Source: Felis catus (lineage: Eukaryota). From it: a DNA stretch of 64,000 bases. The position numbers were made by a program, and so were the translations under genes. Location of the stretch: the NCBI RefSeq assembly GCF_018350175.1, contig NC_058368.1, positions 48,114,001 through 48,178,000 on the forward strand, in the 5' to 3' direction. The notes beneath the pieces were generated by a model, which saw only the letters and a list, made by a program, of their open reading frames with translations, searched no databases and was not told where the DNA came from. Of this stretch, positions 1-13,532 are shown piece after piece. Numbering within the stretch: the first letter of the stretch is position 1; each line of letters opens with the position of its first letter.

Positions 1-129
1 CTACACATCATATGAGCAGAAAAGCTTGTCACGTTGACATAAAGATTGTCCTGAAAATAATCAGTATCAATAAATATATAACATAAAACTCATACACTAG
101 AGTCAACAGAAATAAGGTGACATATTTCA

Positions 130-360
130 TTTATTTATTTATTTATTTATTTATTCATTTATTTATTTATTTTGAGAGAAAGAGAGAGCGAGTGTGTGAG
201 CAGGGGAGGGGCAGAGAGAGAGGGAAAGAGAGAATCTCAGTAAGGCTCCACACTCAGCATAGAGCCCCACACGGGGCTCTCTCTATCCCATGACCACAAG
301 ATCACTACTTGAACCAATATCAAGAGTCAGCTGCTTAAGCAACTGAGCCACCAGGTGCCT
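130..360 (-). mobile_element. Can-SINE (tRNA-derived carnivore SINE)
   Basis: Antisense head, (GA)n tract and (TTTA)n tail. TSD taaggtgacata[t/c]ttca at 113-129 and 361-377. Confidence 0.95.
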
Positions 361-2023
361 TAAGGTGACATACTTCAATTATTTTTTACTTTAATGAAAA
401 AAAAAATTGTATGAATCCCCCATTATGCTACTTTAGAGCTTGTAGAGCTCTAGAATTTATCCTGATTTTCAGCTATTTTTAGCCCCTATACCTAATGCAC
501 AAGAGGCTGAATTAACTCATGTTTATTTCACATGCAAAATAAATTTTCTCTTATAGATAATATAAGAATCTACCTCCTAACAATAGTGCCTAATTAGTGT
601 ATTTCTATGAAGGACTCACTTATCAAAGTTAAGGGAGGAACTCATCCTTGGTATTGTGTTGTGAAGGAAATCTTACCATTATGTACTGCACAACTCTGAG
701 AGATTTTTAAGTTATCACTGGGGACAGAGACTATCTCTTTCATCTCTGTACTTTTCTACTCATAGAGAAAACATATTGCTTCACATGTAAAGTGTGTTCA
801 AAGCATCTAGTAAGTGAACACACACCTGAAACAGCCACAAGGCAGCCTCTGTGTTGAGCATGAATTAGATCTAGTTAAGTCAAACAGGCCCCCCGAGTGA
901 TAATTACTTACTTACTATCGAGGCCCAATACATAGGCTAGGCCTTCATCTATATTTACATAAGAGAAAAATATTAAACCCTATTATGCCTCTTCTTTCTC
1001 CCATTTTATCAAAATTGTATGGTATATTTTTTCTCACTCTATTCACAGAGAATGATAACAATTTCAAAAAAAAATCTGTGCCTTCCTCGGTTACCAGTGT
1101 TCAAACTACATACTGCTTTTAGATCAGTTACAGCTGGACAGGTATACATCTGAGAATAGGAAACTGCAAAGCGATCCTCGGAGACCTTCCAGAATTGCAA
1201 ACTATAACTTTGGCCAGTCTCTATCAATCAAGAGAAACTGGTGATGGGGAGTTCAGAAGTCCATTTTTCCCTTGCCCTTTATCTGTGACTTACATTTATT
1301 AGAGAATGGGTTATTATCGGTTGAGATTCAGGGTATCACTTCTTCGCCAGTTTAGAGACCAGTCATTCTGACTTTAACTGGGAAATCATCTCAAAATTAG
1401 AAGTGATGCTTCTACATGAAGAAAAATTTGTTCTTGTCTTAGTGAGAACAGAGTACTGAAAAAAAGTCATGAGGCCTGAATAAGAGAGAATTTCCTGGGG
1501 AAGGATTGAGAACTGCAAGCACGGGTACACTTTATACAATTGTGACCTGGGATCAAAGCGCCTTGGTGGGACTGACCGAAACCGTCCCCCTCCCACTGCA
1601 GAGCCAGGAACAGAATTTGGGAAATCCCATGAGACTGAATTGGGACTACAGTCAGAATGATAGTCATATAAATTTAGAAACTAACTCCTCATGGCAGTAG
1701 GATTAGGAAAATGTCCTGAAGTTCAATTGATTCTATCATCAGACAGCTATTTTTAAAAATGTTTTTTAAAACCTCCATATAGTCTTACTGGGGTGCGGTG
1801 CTTACTTCCTCCTTCCTTTATCTTGGCAGAACATCCCCATAATCAGTTTCCCACAAGGAAATGCCAAATCCTAACATCAGACGGTTAGAGCAAATAAAAA
1901 TTATTCCACATTTTCCTTTGCTGAAGAATCATTAGTACCATTACCATTAAATCTTTAAGAATATATCCAATTGTTGAATACATTTCTAGGAACTGGAACA
2001 TATATTTTTAAAGATCTTAGCTT

Positions 2024-2247
2024 GGGGCGCCTGGGTGGCTCAGTCGGTTGAGCGTCCGGCTTCAGCTCAGGTCATGGTCTCGCGGTCGTGGGTTCGAGCC
2101 CTGCATCGGGCTGAGTGCTGACATGACAGCTCAGAGCCTGGAGCCTGCTTCCAGTTCTGTGTCTCCCCCTCTCTGTCTCTCTCCCGCTCACGTACTCACG
2201 CTCTGTCTCTTTCTCTCAAAAATAAGTAAACTTAAAAAATAAATAAA
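2024..2247 (+). mobile_element. Can-SINE, feliform type
   Basis: ggggcgcctgggtggctcagtcgg head, CT-rich tract and A-tail. TSD taaagatct[t/g]agctt at 2009-2023 and 2248-2262. Confidence 0.95.
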
Positions 2248-3789
2248 TAAAGATCTGAGCTTTAATAAAAATCCAACCAAAGAAGAGAGTAAAGCGTGAT
2301 AGTAATGAGACAACTAATCAGACATACTTTGAAGGTCACCAGGCTTTATCAGAAATGAGGATGTTTTAAGACAGGCTCTCTTCCTGCAACTCCTCAAATC
2401 CAAGTGTAGGCTGGGAGTTGGGGGACGGGAAGGGGAGGCTGTCACAAGGTGTCCCTGTCCTGGAATTGCTAGGGTCCAATCATAATAGTTGAGAAGATGC
2501 CCAAGGAGGAGGGTAACATTCTGACTCATCAAGATTTATAGTCAAGCTTAACACCTCCTCCCACACTGAGAATCAAACAAGGATCATGCACTGTCCTCAG
2601 CCACAGGTGTGAGCCAAAGCAGCCTGAACTTGCCATTATCCCTCTTCAGACCTCTGTTAAATTGTTAACCTGTCACTTAACACTAGTCCTGGGAGGTTGC
2701 TTGATTGTCTTTATCAGCTGAAGAAAAAAGAAAAAGGCAAGGAGGCCTCGTTCTTTTTTAGGTTTCACCCTGAGGGGCACCCACACTGGATAATCCAATT
2801 TAAGGACACTATCTTGGCTTTTCCAGTTCTGTTCACAGCAAAATGAACTGAGTAGAGCATTCAGACTTGCACTTAGAGTGGTATCAGTGCTTTCCATCCT
2901 CTTTGGAAGGGACAAAAATACTTTCTACCAAAATGTTGCTTCCCATTCTTTCTTTAAAAAATACTCTCCAAATATCCATGCCATTTATACTTATTATTGC
3001 TATTCTTATTATGCGAGAGTGAATTATATTCACTCATTAAGGAGATCCATTGATGTGCTAACATGCTAACATGATTTTCTTTACATCTTATCATACATTA
3101 TCAAAGTCCCCAAAGTCCAAAGTGTAAAGTGTGACATCATTAGTGGTTTCAGTTAGCAAGTTTAAACAGATTTGTGTAAGAGTCATGGGTATTTTTTTTT
3201 ATGACAAATCATCATTTATTTAAATCTAAGTAAATATCTACCAACTTGTGCCAAAATAAGGTGTTCATGCTTTACTTGATTCTTTAAATCGTATTGTACT
3301 CAAATAATGGCTCCTCGAGATTGTGTTGAAACCCCTGGTTTCGTAAGTAGTACGTCCTCTGTAAGAGGTAAGTTCCAAATAAATAGGACATGACGCCATT
3401 TTATAATCGGTGCCAAGATAAAACAAGAAAGCGCCTCCTAAGTTAAGCCAAACAAAAACAGACAATGTGGCAGGTCTGTCTACTCATAACTCTGCATCGT
3501 TAATTCAGGTTATCTCTATTTGTCTAAAGCTGTTTGATTTAATCTGGTTTTATAAAATGTCTGTTACTGAGTTGATGCCAAGACTTACTTTGTGATGTGC
3601 TCTATTTTTTAAATACTGGAAGACAGAGAATATACTTTAAACGTATCAATATTATTTTTATTTTTAGCTTTTTATTATAGAATGGTACAGCAAAATAATA
3701 TGGACGCAAAAAAGGTTAAAGTTTAAGATTGGCATGATTGATACCTAACATCATGTCGCATTCCTTTTATTTTTTTGCATTTTCTTTTT

Positions 3790-6125
3790 AAAATGTTATT
3801 TGTAAAACACTTTAATGAGGTATGATTGATATTCAAAAAGCTATACATATTTAATACATACAGCTTGAAGAGTTTTTGTGATAAAATGCACTGTGAAACC
3901 ATCACCATGCTCAAGGCTGGAAACTTATCTATCACATCCAAAAGTTTCCTTCCTTCTTTCTTTTATTTATGTATAATATTTTCTGTATTTTGTGGTAAGG
4001 GCACTTAACCTAAGATCTACCTTCTTAGCAAAATTTTAAGTCTACAATACAGTGTTGTTAACTATGGCCTCTATGTGGTACAGTGATCTCCAGAACTTGT
4101 TTATCTTGCGTAACTGAAACTTGGTACCTTTTGACCAACGTCCCTTCATCTCCCCTTTCCCCTAGCACATGGTGATCACAATTCTACTCTCTGGTTCTAT
4201 GAGTTTGACTATTTTAGATTACTCATGAAAGTGGAATGTAGTTATTTGTCCTGTGACTGGCTTATTTTACTTAGCCTGATGTGCTCCAGGTCGGTCCACC
4301 CATGTTGTTGAAAATGGCAGGATTCCCTTCTTTTTTAAAGCTGAATAATACTTGATTGTTTGTATATATCACATTGTTTAATGGAGTTAATAATTGACAT
4401 ATAACATTATTACTAGTTTCAGATGTACAACATGATATTTGTATACTTTGGGAAAGGATTACCACAAGAAATTGAGTTAATATCCATCACCATACATTGT
4501 TACAATTTTTTTCTTGTGATGAGAACTTTTAAGATGTACTCTCTTAGCAACCTTTAGATATATAACGCACTGTTATTAACTATAGTCACCATGCTGTACA
4601 TCCTCCTGACTTATTTATTTATTTTATAACTTCATTTGTACCTTTTGACTACCTTCACCCGTTTCGTGTACCCCACCCTCTGCCTCCGGCAACCACCAAT
4701 CAGTTCTCTGTATCTATGAGCTTGTTTTGTTGTTCTAAATGTTTTGTTTGTTTTGTTTTAGATTTCACATGTAAGTGAACACATACAATGTTTGTCTTTC
4801 TCTGTCTGACTTGTTTCACTTAGCATAATTCTCTCTAGGTCCATCCATGTTGCCATGTTGTTGCAAATGGCAAGATTTCCTTCTTTTTATGGTTGAAAAA
4901 CATTCCGTTTTATATATATACCACATTTTCTTTACCCAGTCACCCACCTGGACATTTAGATTGCTTCCATTTCTTGGATATTTGCTGCAATGAACACGGG
5001 GGTGCATATATCTTTTAGAGTTAGTGTTTGCATTTTCTTAGGAAAGTACCAGAAGTAGAATTGCTGGATTATACAGCAGTTCCATTTTTTTCTAGTTTAA
5101 TTGAGATATAAATGACATACAGCATTATATAAGTTTAGGTATGCAGAATAATGATTTGACTTACATTTATTATGAAATGATTACCACAGCAAGTTGAGTT
5201 AATATCCATCATCTCATATGGATACCTACCTACCTACCTACATATATATATATATTTTTTTCCTTATAATGAGGAGTCTTGGGATCTACTCTCCTAACCA
5301 CTTTCACATATTCCATATAGCAATGTTAACTATAGTCATCATGTGGTACATTATATCTCTAGTACTAACTTATAACTAGAAGTTTGTGTGTCGCATTTTC
5401 TTTATCCATTTATCCTTCAGTGGACGTTTAGGTTTTTTCCACATCTTGGTGATTATGAACAAGGCTGTAGTGAATATGGGAGGACAGACATCTCTCACAG
5501 ATCCTGACTTCAATTCCTTTTATATACTGAGAAGTGGGGTTGCTGATCAAGTGATAATTCTATTTTTATGTTTTTGAGGACCCTCCCTACTGTTTCCATA
5601 GTGACTGCATGAATTTACATTCCCACCAATAATGTACAAGAGTTCCCTATTCTCTACATCTTCACCAACACTTGTTATCTTTTGCTGTCGTTTTTGTTGT
5701 TGTTTTTATAATATTCCCCATTCTAACAAGTGTGAGGAGAGATCTTACTATGGTTCTAATTTTTCTTAGCGAGTAGTGATGTTGACCACCTTTCAAATAC
5801 CTGTTAGCCATTTGTGTATCTTCTTTGGTGAAAAGTCTATTCAGGCCCTTTGCCCATTTTTAAATTAGAATATTTGTTTTTTGCCATCGACTTGTAGGAA
5901 TTTCTTATACATTTTGGATAGTAACCCTTTATCAGATACACGGTTTGCAAATATTTCCTCCCATTCTGTAGGTTGCCTTCATTTTGTTGATTTATTTTCC
6001 CCCCTGTGCAGAAGCTTTTTAGTTTGGTGTAATCCCACTTGTCTCCTTTTGCTTTTGTAGTCTGTGCTTTTGGTATCACAACCAAAAAATTCATTGTCAA
6101 GTCCAATATCTAGAAGCTTTTGATG
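3790..6125 (-). mobile_element. Stack of nested L1 3' ends and ORF2 remnant
   Basis: Three antisense L1 3'UTR starts at about 3790, 4378 and 5092. ORF 5837-6106 (PKAQTTKAKGDKWDYTKLKSFCT) is a typical L1 ORF2 C-terminal segment. Confidence 0.9.
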
Positions 6126-6222
6126 TTGCTTTAGTTTTAAAACATTATCCCATTTTGCTCCTTTAGGATCTTAGTGTGTTTAAATTGTGCATTTCTCAAC
6201 TACTTGTTAAAATAAAGGCCTG

Positions 6223-6452
6223 TGGGTTCCTGGGTGGCTCAGTCAGTTGAGCGTTTGACTCTTGATTTTGGCTCAGGTCATGATCCCAGGGTCGTGGGAT
6301 CAACCCTGTATCAGGCTCTGTGCTAACATGGAGCCTGCTTAAGGTTCTCTGTCACTGTCTCTGTCTCTCTCTTTCTGCCCCTCTACACAGCTCATGCTCT
6401 CTCGCTCTCTCTCTAAATTAATTAAAAATAAAATTTAATTTAATTTAATTTA
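6223..6452 (+). mobile_element. Can-SINE
   Basis: gggttcctgggtggctcagtcagttgagcg head, CT tract and AT-rich tail. Confidence 0.9.
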
Positions 6453-6559
6453 AAAGGTCTGATAAACTCCACATTGTTCAACCCTCAAGTCACTGTGAAG
6501 CCAATCTAGGATTCTTCTCTATCCTCCTATGGTCCTTTGTCCTAATCTTCTGTCATAGC

Positions 6560-6730
6560 AGTTGTCACACTGAATATACATCATTACTTGCAGTCTCTTC
6601 TGAGTCCTTTCCAGACGGTCATTTCTGGATGTCTATTCTTTTGTGTACGTCCCATAACACCTTGCACAATGCCTGGCATGTAGTAGATTCTTACAAATTT
6701 TTTTCAGTTAATAAATGAATGAACTAATTA
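6560..6730 (+). mobile_element. L2 3' end remnant
   Basis: cacaatgcctggcatgtagtag...aataaatgaatgaa tail. Confidence 0.65.
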
Positions 6731-7339
6731 ATACCATAAGTATTTAAGGACCTGGAATTGAGCTATTTTAAAACCCCATGAATAGCAGGACAGCTTTTAG
6801 AGGTATGCACTGTGTGCACAGGAAGCTTTCTTGCTGCTTATGACCCTTTCAAAGGCCAAAAGGAAAGCTAAATAATAACCTATACATCAAACAGTAATTT
6901 TATTGGATTACCAGATTGATCGATTTGATTTAATAAAAAAAAATTTTTTTTTAGAAAACATATTAACCAGAATGTTTTTACTCTTAACATTCTAAATGCT
7001 TGACATCAATGTTCATGTTCTGAGATGCACATCTTTGGTGATGGTTTGTTTGTTTTCATTGGTACAGAAACTGCCGCTGAAATAAAACCTCAAAAGGCTG
7101 TGTGAGATGGAATCCTGAGTATCTAAAGGTATTTAAAATAAATATTTCCACCCTTGACTTTAACAATTTTCAAAACAGATGTCTTCTATCAAAGAAAGCA
7201 GGGTTTTTTTTTTTTTTTTCCTTTTAACTTGGCAAGGACATTTGTACTTTCTACATTCTCGATTCCCTGATAGGAAAGGGTTTTTGTTTTGTTTTGTATT
7301 TTTCATTTTTCATGTTTTAGAGTTGTTCTCTAAGAGATA

Positions 7340-7800
7340 GAGGTAGTGTGGTGCACGGTTAAGGACATGGGCTTTGTAGGCAGGCCGTGCACAGTTCCAA
7401 CGTTCAGACCATGTAATAACAATGGCTGAGATTCGTGGAGAGTTTAGTAGGTGCCTAGCCTTGGGATACTTTTCTTTGTATGAATTATTTCACTCAACTT
7501 TCACAACTTAGAAGATATTATTATGCATATGTTTTACAGGAGGAAATTGATGTTTAAAGTATTAAGTAATTTTCCAAGTACACTCAGCCAGTACATGAAA
7601 AGGGAGCATTTGAATCTAGGTCTATTTAATTTCAGAACCCATATTTTAACCATTACACTCCCAAATGACTAGTAATTGTGACCTTGGTCAAATTTCTACA
7701 CATCTGTGCATCTTGTTGCCTTATTGGGGGATTATATAAATGAACATTTATAAAACACAGGATGGTGCTTAGCATAAGGTAAGCTCTTGATAAATTATAA
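7340..7800. mobile_element. MIR fragments, both orientations
   Basis: MIR core-like gttttacaggaggaaattga...aagtaattttccaag and gtgaccttggtcaaattt. Confidence 0.6.
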
Positions 7801-8040
7801 CCTAGAAATAATGATTATTTTTTCTTTTAACAGCCAATTGTCTGTTAGACAATTAGAAAAGAAGGAAAAATAATCTTCTTTATTGATCCACAAACATATT
7901 TCATGTATCTTTCATGCCTTCCTGTAATTTTCATCTGGTGTTATTTTTCTTCAGCTTGAAGAACTCCTTTACCCTTTCTCGTGGCATGGATCTTCTGGCA
8001 ACAAATTAGCTCCACTTTTGCTTTTCTAGAATGTTCTCTC

Positions 8041-8790
8041 TTTTTCAGATTTATTGAAGTATAATTGATAGATAAAATTGTAAGAAACTTAAAGTGTACA
8101 TCGTGGTGATTTGACATACCTATACGTTGTGAAAGGATCCCCACCACCTAGTTAATACATCCTTCACCTCACGTTTAGCTTTTCTGTTTCTGTGTGAGAA
8201 CATTTATGCTCTACTCTGAGTAAATTTCAATAATATAATTCAGTGTAATCAACTATGGTCACTGCGTCTTACATTATATTCTCAGACCTTATTCATTTTA
8301 CAGCTGTATGTTTGTATTCTTTTATCAATCTCTATTTCTGCCACACCCCAAGCCCCTGGCAACCACTTTTTACTCTGTTTCTAAGAGTTGGGTGGTGTTT
8401 TGTTGTTGCTGTTGTTTTTAGATTGCACATATAAATGATGTCATGCAGTGTTCGTCTTTTTCTTTTTGGCTTATTTCACTTAGCATAATGTTTTGACAGG
8501 ATTTCTTCTTTATCGTGGCTGAATAATACTCTGTCACATAGATATGCTACATTTTCTTTATTCATTCATCCATGAGTGGACACTTAGGTTGTTTCTGTAT
8601 CACGATGTATATGAATAACGCTGCAATAAACGTAGGGGTGCAGATGTCTCTTCAAGATCCTGTTCTCATTTCTTTTGGATATATACCCAGAAGTAGGATT
8701 GCTGAATCATATACGGAAGTTCTATTTTTAATTTTTTTTTAACATTTTAATACTATTTTCCATAGTGGTGGCACCAATTTACATTCCTAT
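8041..8790 (-). mobile_element. L1 3' end
   Basis: Antisense 3'UTR motifs ggcttatttcacttagcataatg, ggatatatacccagaagtaggattgctg and caccaatttacattcc. Confidence 0.9.
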
Positions 8791-8832
8791 GATTTTTTAA
8801 TTTACTTTCATTAAAAAAAATTATAAAAAAAT

Positions 8833-9465
8833 TTTTTTAATGTTTATTTTTGAGAGAGAGAGACAGACAGAATGTGAGCAGGGGAGGGGCAGAGACAGAG
8901 GGAGACACAGAATCTGAAGCAGGTTCCAGGCTCTGAGCTGTCAGCACAGAGCCCAACGCGGGGCTCAGACTCACGGACCAGGAGATCATGACCTGAGCTG
9001 AAGTTGGACGCTTAACTGACTGAGCCACCCAGGTGCCCCTTTAAATTTTTTTTTTAATGTTTATTTATTTTTGAGAGAGAGAGAGAAAGAGAGCAAGTGG
9101 GGGAGGGGCAGAGAGAGACGGAGACAGAATCTGAAGCAGGTTTCAGGATCTGAGCTGTCAGCACATACCCGGATGTGGGGCTCAAACTCATGAATTGTGA
9201 GATCATGACCTGAGTCAAAGTCGGTCGTTCAGTTGACTGAGCCACCCAGGCGCCCCAGCCTTCAGTTTTTTAGAGTTTATTTATTTTGAGAGAAAGAGAG
9301 AATGCAGGGGAGGGGCAGAAAGAGAGGGAGAGAGAGAATCCCAAGCAGGCTCCACACTGTCAGTGCAGAGCCTGATGCAGGGCTCAAACTCACAAACCAT
9401 GAGATCATGACCTGAGCCAAAATCAAGTGTCAGACGTTTAATCGACTGAGTCCCCCAGGCTCCTC
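8833..9465 (-). mobile_element. Three head-to-tail Can-SINEs (8833-9039, 9046-9256, 9266-9465)
   Basis: Three consecutive antisense SINE bodies, ending ccaggtgcccc, ccaggcgcccc and ccaggctcctc. Confidence 0.95.
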
Positions 9466-9576
9466 TAATTTGCCTTCATTTTTGGAAGATATTTTTATAG
9501 AATATAGAATTCTAACTTACAGGTTTTTATTATTTATTTATTTTTTTTTTAAATTTCAGTACTTTAAAGTCATTCC

Positions 9577-9728
9577 AGGGGCACCTAGGTGGCTCAGTCA
9601 GTTGACTGCCCGACTTGATTTTGGCTCAGGTCATGACCTGAGGGTTGTGGGATCAAGCCCTGAGCTGGGCTCCTCGCTAAGTGTGGAGCCTGCTTGGGAT
9701 TTTCTCTCTCTCTCTCTGCCCCTCTCCT
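9577..9728 (+). mobile_element. Can-SINE lacking its 3' tail
   Basis: ggggcacctaggtggctcagtcag head through the CT tract; no A-tail. Confidence 0.85.
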
Positions 9729-10308
9729 TCAATATATTTATCACAGTTATTCTAAAGCCCTTGACTAACAATCTTAGCATCTCAGTGATCTGTGGGTCTG
9801 TTCATATTGATTGATCTTTTTCTTGACTATGGATCACATTTTCTTGTGTTTAATACTTTTTAATAATTAATAATTATTTGATTTTAACACACATTTCATA
9901 ATCTAATAATTTAAAAATGTAGGCTGGGCATTGTACATGATGATACATTTTAGAGATTCTGTATTATGCCGTTTCCTCTGAAAAATATGGAGTGTTTTTT
10001 GTTTTTGTGTTTTAACGGGCATTTAAATTACTGGTGGATCTCCTTGATCCTGCCAATATTTAATTTTAGTTCTGAGCTTTGTTAGGGTGGATCTATTTCA
10101 ATTTTAATCCTAGTTCTGGGATGTGATTCTTACTCTTAAAGCGTGGCCTTCTTGGGTTTTAATAAAAAGTTTAAGATGTTTACCAACCCTCATTAACTTA
10201 ATAAAATTTGATTGTCAAATTCTGTCCCCACATAAATATGCAGATTCTGAAATCTCTGCTAGTTCTTTCAGCCTTCCTTCATTTGATTTCCACTGGAAAC
10301 ATTGCATT

Positions 10309-10410
10309 ATTTTTTTTAAGTGGTCTCTGCATCCAACATGGGGCTCAAACTCATGATCCTAAGATCAAGAGTCACATACAGGCTTTACCAACTGAGCCAG
10401 TCAGGTGCCC
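10309..10410 (-). mobile_element. Short old Can-SINE
   Basis: gatcaagagtcaca...actgagccagtcaggtgccc, flanked by repeated aacattgcatt. Confidence 0.85.
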
Positions 10411-10665
10411 TAGCAACATTGCATTCATGTTTCTCATTTGCGCAGTTCAGGATTTAGCTAAGAATCTAAAGGCAGTTTGCAGAGAGGCCCTAGCCTCATT
10501 GGTGTCTGTTTCATTTGCAGAATTTCTTTTTCAATTTCCAACTGCTCTGCTAGAACTCTGACTTCTGACTTCTTAGCACAGGACTTCTCCTTTCTGATTG
10601 AGTTCTAGACCTTATATGCTGCATTGGACTGGGGATTTCCCAAAAAAGAAAAGAAAAGCCAACTA

Positions 10666-10713
10666 TAGATAGATAGATGATAGATAGGTAGATAGATAGA
10701 TGATAGATATAGA
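10666..10713. repeat. (GATA)n microsatellite
   Basis: Imperfect tagata/gata run. Confidence 0.9.
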
Positions 10714-11972
10714 TCAATCTACATATATATCCATATATCTTACCTAGTTTGTTTCCCTTATTTCAAGGATCATATTGTTTCCATTTTTGGCTTGCTTTTG
10801 GTTGCTCCTCAGTACCTTCAAGTAGTTGTGTTTTATATATTGTCCAGAGTTTATAATTGCCAGTGGCAGGAGGATTATTTTGGAATATGCTACTCTCCCA
10901 TTATCAAAAGCCAGAAGCATACGTTTTCAATAAATTATATTACAATATCAATCATCTTTTTATCAGTAGGGCGCTATCAATGTTAAATTTGGCATAGTAC
11001 TGCATCTGGCCATGGAAAGTGCTTTCTAAGTATAAGACATTCTCATTAGAGAGATGACTTAGAGCTTGCCAGAAGGACAACTAAAGAGTAGGAGACAACT
11101 ACAGAAGACAAAATCACAGTACAAACAGAGCCCTACAGCAGTCTGAACTCACAATAACCTGCTGTCACTTGCACAGCATCCACTGCAGCTGTCTTGTGAA
11201 GTCCTTATAGCCAGATGTTGCTTCTGAAGAAATCATTGTAAAGTTCATAAACTCAAGCAAAGACTTTTAGTTCTGACCCGGTGTGACTAAAATACTCATC
11301 ATTAGGCAGAAAGAGAAATCAAAGAAAAATACAAGACTGATGAAATTTGGAAATAATATTCTACACTGGAATGAACAAAACTCATTGGCTGCAGATCATA
11401 TGCTCCTACTTCAGAAGGATGGAGAAAATTGTGCCCTAATGGGCTCTTGTAAAATGTGTAGCACATCACCTACTCATGGCATCCTATCTAGTGTTTTAGA
11501 CTATAGTTGTCTTTAAATGCAGCTATAAAAATAAATACTGACTCACAAAACCACAGCCAGAAAAAAAAAATCAACAAATATTTGTCAGATGCCTACCATA
11601 AAAAACCTATGCAGAGTACCTAAAACACTAACTATTCTCAAAATTGTAAGTGCAATCAAACCTTTGTGAAAAATGACTGGATATATAAAAAGTGATATTA
11701 CAACTTGAACTAGAACTTGAAAGTGAAAGTAGCAACCCATAAGAAAAAGGGATAGCGCCCAGATGTGGTGCTAACATAACCAAAATCTAAGGAATAAAGA
11801 GGCATGAAACAAGAGAGAAGTCGCTTTAATTGGGGTGGTGTATACATGGGAAGACATGAAATTGAGTTTATAACATGGGGTCAGATAAGGGTTGAGAGTG
11901 TCAAATATTTGGGGCAGATGAGCTTAATCTTGGCAATAGGGCATTTCCCAAGATAAAGAAATAGCAAATGGA

Positions 11973-12190
11973 GGGGCCCGTGGGTGGCTCAGTCAATTAA
12001 GGTCTGACTTCAGGTCCAGTCATGATCTCACAGTTAGCGAGTTTGAGCCCTGGGTGGGGCTCTGCTGTCAGCGCAGAGCCTGCAACCTGCTTCGGATCTT
12101 TTGTCTTCCTCTCTTTCTGCCCCTCCCCCGCTCTCTCTTTTTCTCTCTCTCTCAAAAATAAGTAAACATTAAAAAAAGAAATAATAAATA
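11973..12190 (+). mobile_element. Can-SINE
   Basis: ggggcccgtgggtggctcagtc head, CT tract and A-tail, flanked by repeated agaaatag. Confidence 0.9.
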
Positions 12191-13303
12191 GAAATAGTAT
12201 TCTCAAAGAAAATATCTTCAATGGGGAAGATGTATTATTATTACAATATTACAAATTTGATTTTGTTTGGTATTATTTCTGAAGCTTTTCTTTAAAAAGA
12301 AGAGAAAACACAGTACACTCAAACAGTAGAGAAAAAATTAGAGACAGACTTTACACTTAATGGAAGCATAATTACTATGATAATAATGGAGATAATCATT
12401 ATAATGAAATATGAAAGGAAAGGCCTTTTGCACAACGTAGGTTCTCATTCTTGCATTTACCCTTTCCACTCTGCATATTTCCACTCTGGTATAGTCACAG
12501 ACTTTAAAAGGCCATTCAAAGCAGCACGCACTGATACTGGCTACTTTGTGTACCGAATCGCACAAATGTTGTGAACTCATTATTCAGTCAGCCACTTATT
12601 ATTTTACAAATATTAACTGAGCATTCACACCATGCCTGGCCTTATTCCTGGCACTGGGCAAACTACATGAGTTTCTTCCTCCATGGAGCCTCTTTTCTAG
12701 GGCCTCCTCCTCCACCTCCTGGAGGCCACAGGCTTACTGCCCATCCTCGTTCCGTCAGACTGAAACACAATCCAGCCTGTTTTAGTTTGAACCATCAGCT
12801 TCCCTGTCTTATCTCCTCGTGTCTTTTTTTCTTGGTTTCATATAATATTGGAGAACTTCCAGAGTGAGACCTGGATGAAGAACAGTTCCAAGGTCATTTC
12901 AGCTTTCTAAGTGGGACCCAGACCCAATATATTGTTAGGTATTGGGGAAAATAAGCCGGAAAATAACCTACTTACTTTACTTTGAGCAAACCAGTGGTGG
13001 TGTTGATGAACAGATTCTATGTGAAGACGTATTGAGGGTTCAGTATGGTATACCCCGTATACTTTTCCCTCAGTCTATTAACCTAATACCTCCTCCTTCA
13101 TATTATCTCTTGTTGAAACGAAGCAACAACCATAGGTCTGTCATTCAACTTAATTTTCTTTTTATTGCTCTTTCATAGGAGGGACAAATAATGTTAAAAC
13201 GAATCCTAATGTTCTCTGTCATGAGAAGAATTGAATCATTTCTTGAGGCTCAACTATTTTTAATATGATACCATATGACACTAATTCACCATAGAACCCA
13301 AAG

Positions 13304-13532
13304 GGGGTGCCTGGGTGGCTCAGTTGGTTGAGCGTCCAGCTTCGGCTCTGGTCATGATCCCCCGGTTCATGGGTTCGAGCCCCGGGTTGGGCTCTGTGCT
13401 GACAGCTCAGAGCCTGGAGCCTGCTTCGGATTCTGTGTCTCCCTCTCTCTCTGCCCCTCCCCCACTCATGCTCTGTCTGTCTCTCTCTCTCTCTGTCAAA
13501 AATAAATAAACATTAAAAAAATTTTTTTTCAT
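13304..13532 (+). mobile_element. Can-SINE
   Basis: Perfect TSD atagaacccaaag at 13291-13303 and 13533-13545. Confidence 0.95.

Larger units (their letters stand above)
7900..10920 (-). mobile_element. Old L1 (L1M-type) remnant interrupted by a younger L1 3' end and SINEs
   Basis: cttcagcttgaagaactcc...ggcaacaaatt at about 7950-8040 resumes as ccttcatttttggaagatattttt at about 9470. Confidence 0.6.

Noticed and set aside
5837..6106. 89-aa ORF
   Set aside because: Frameshifted L1 ORF2 remnant.
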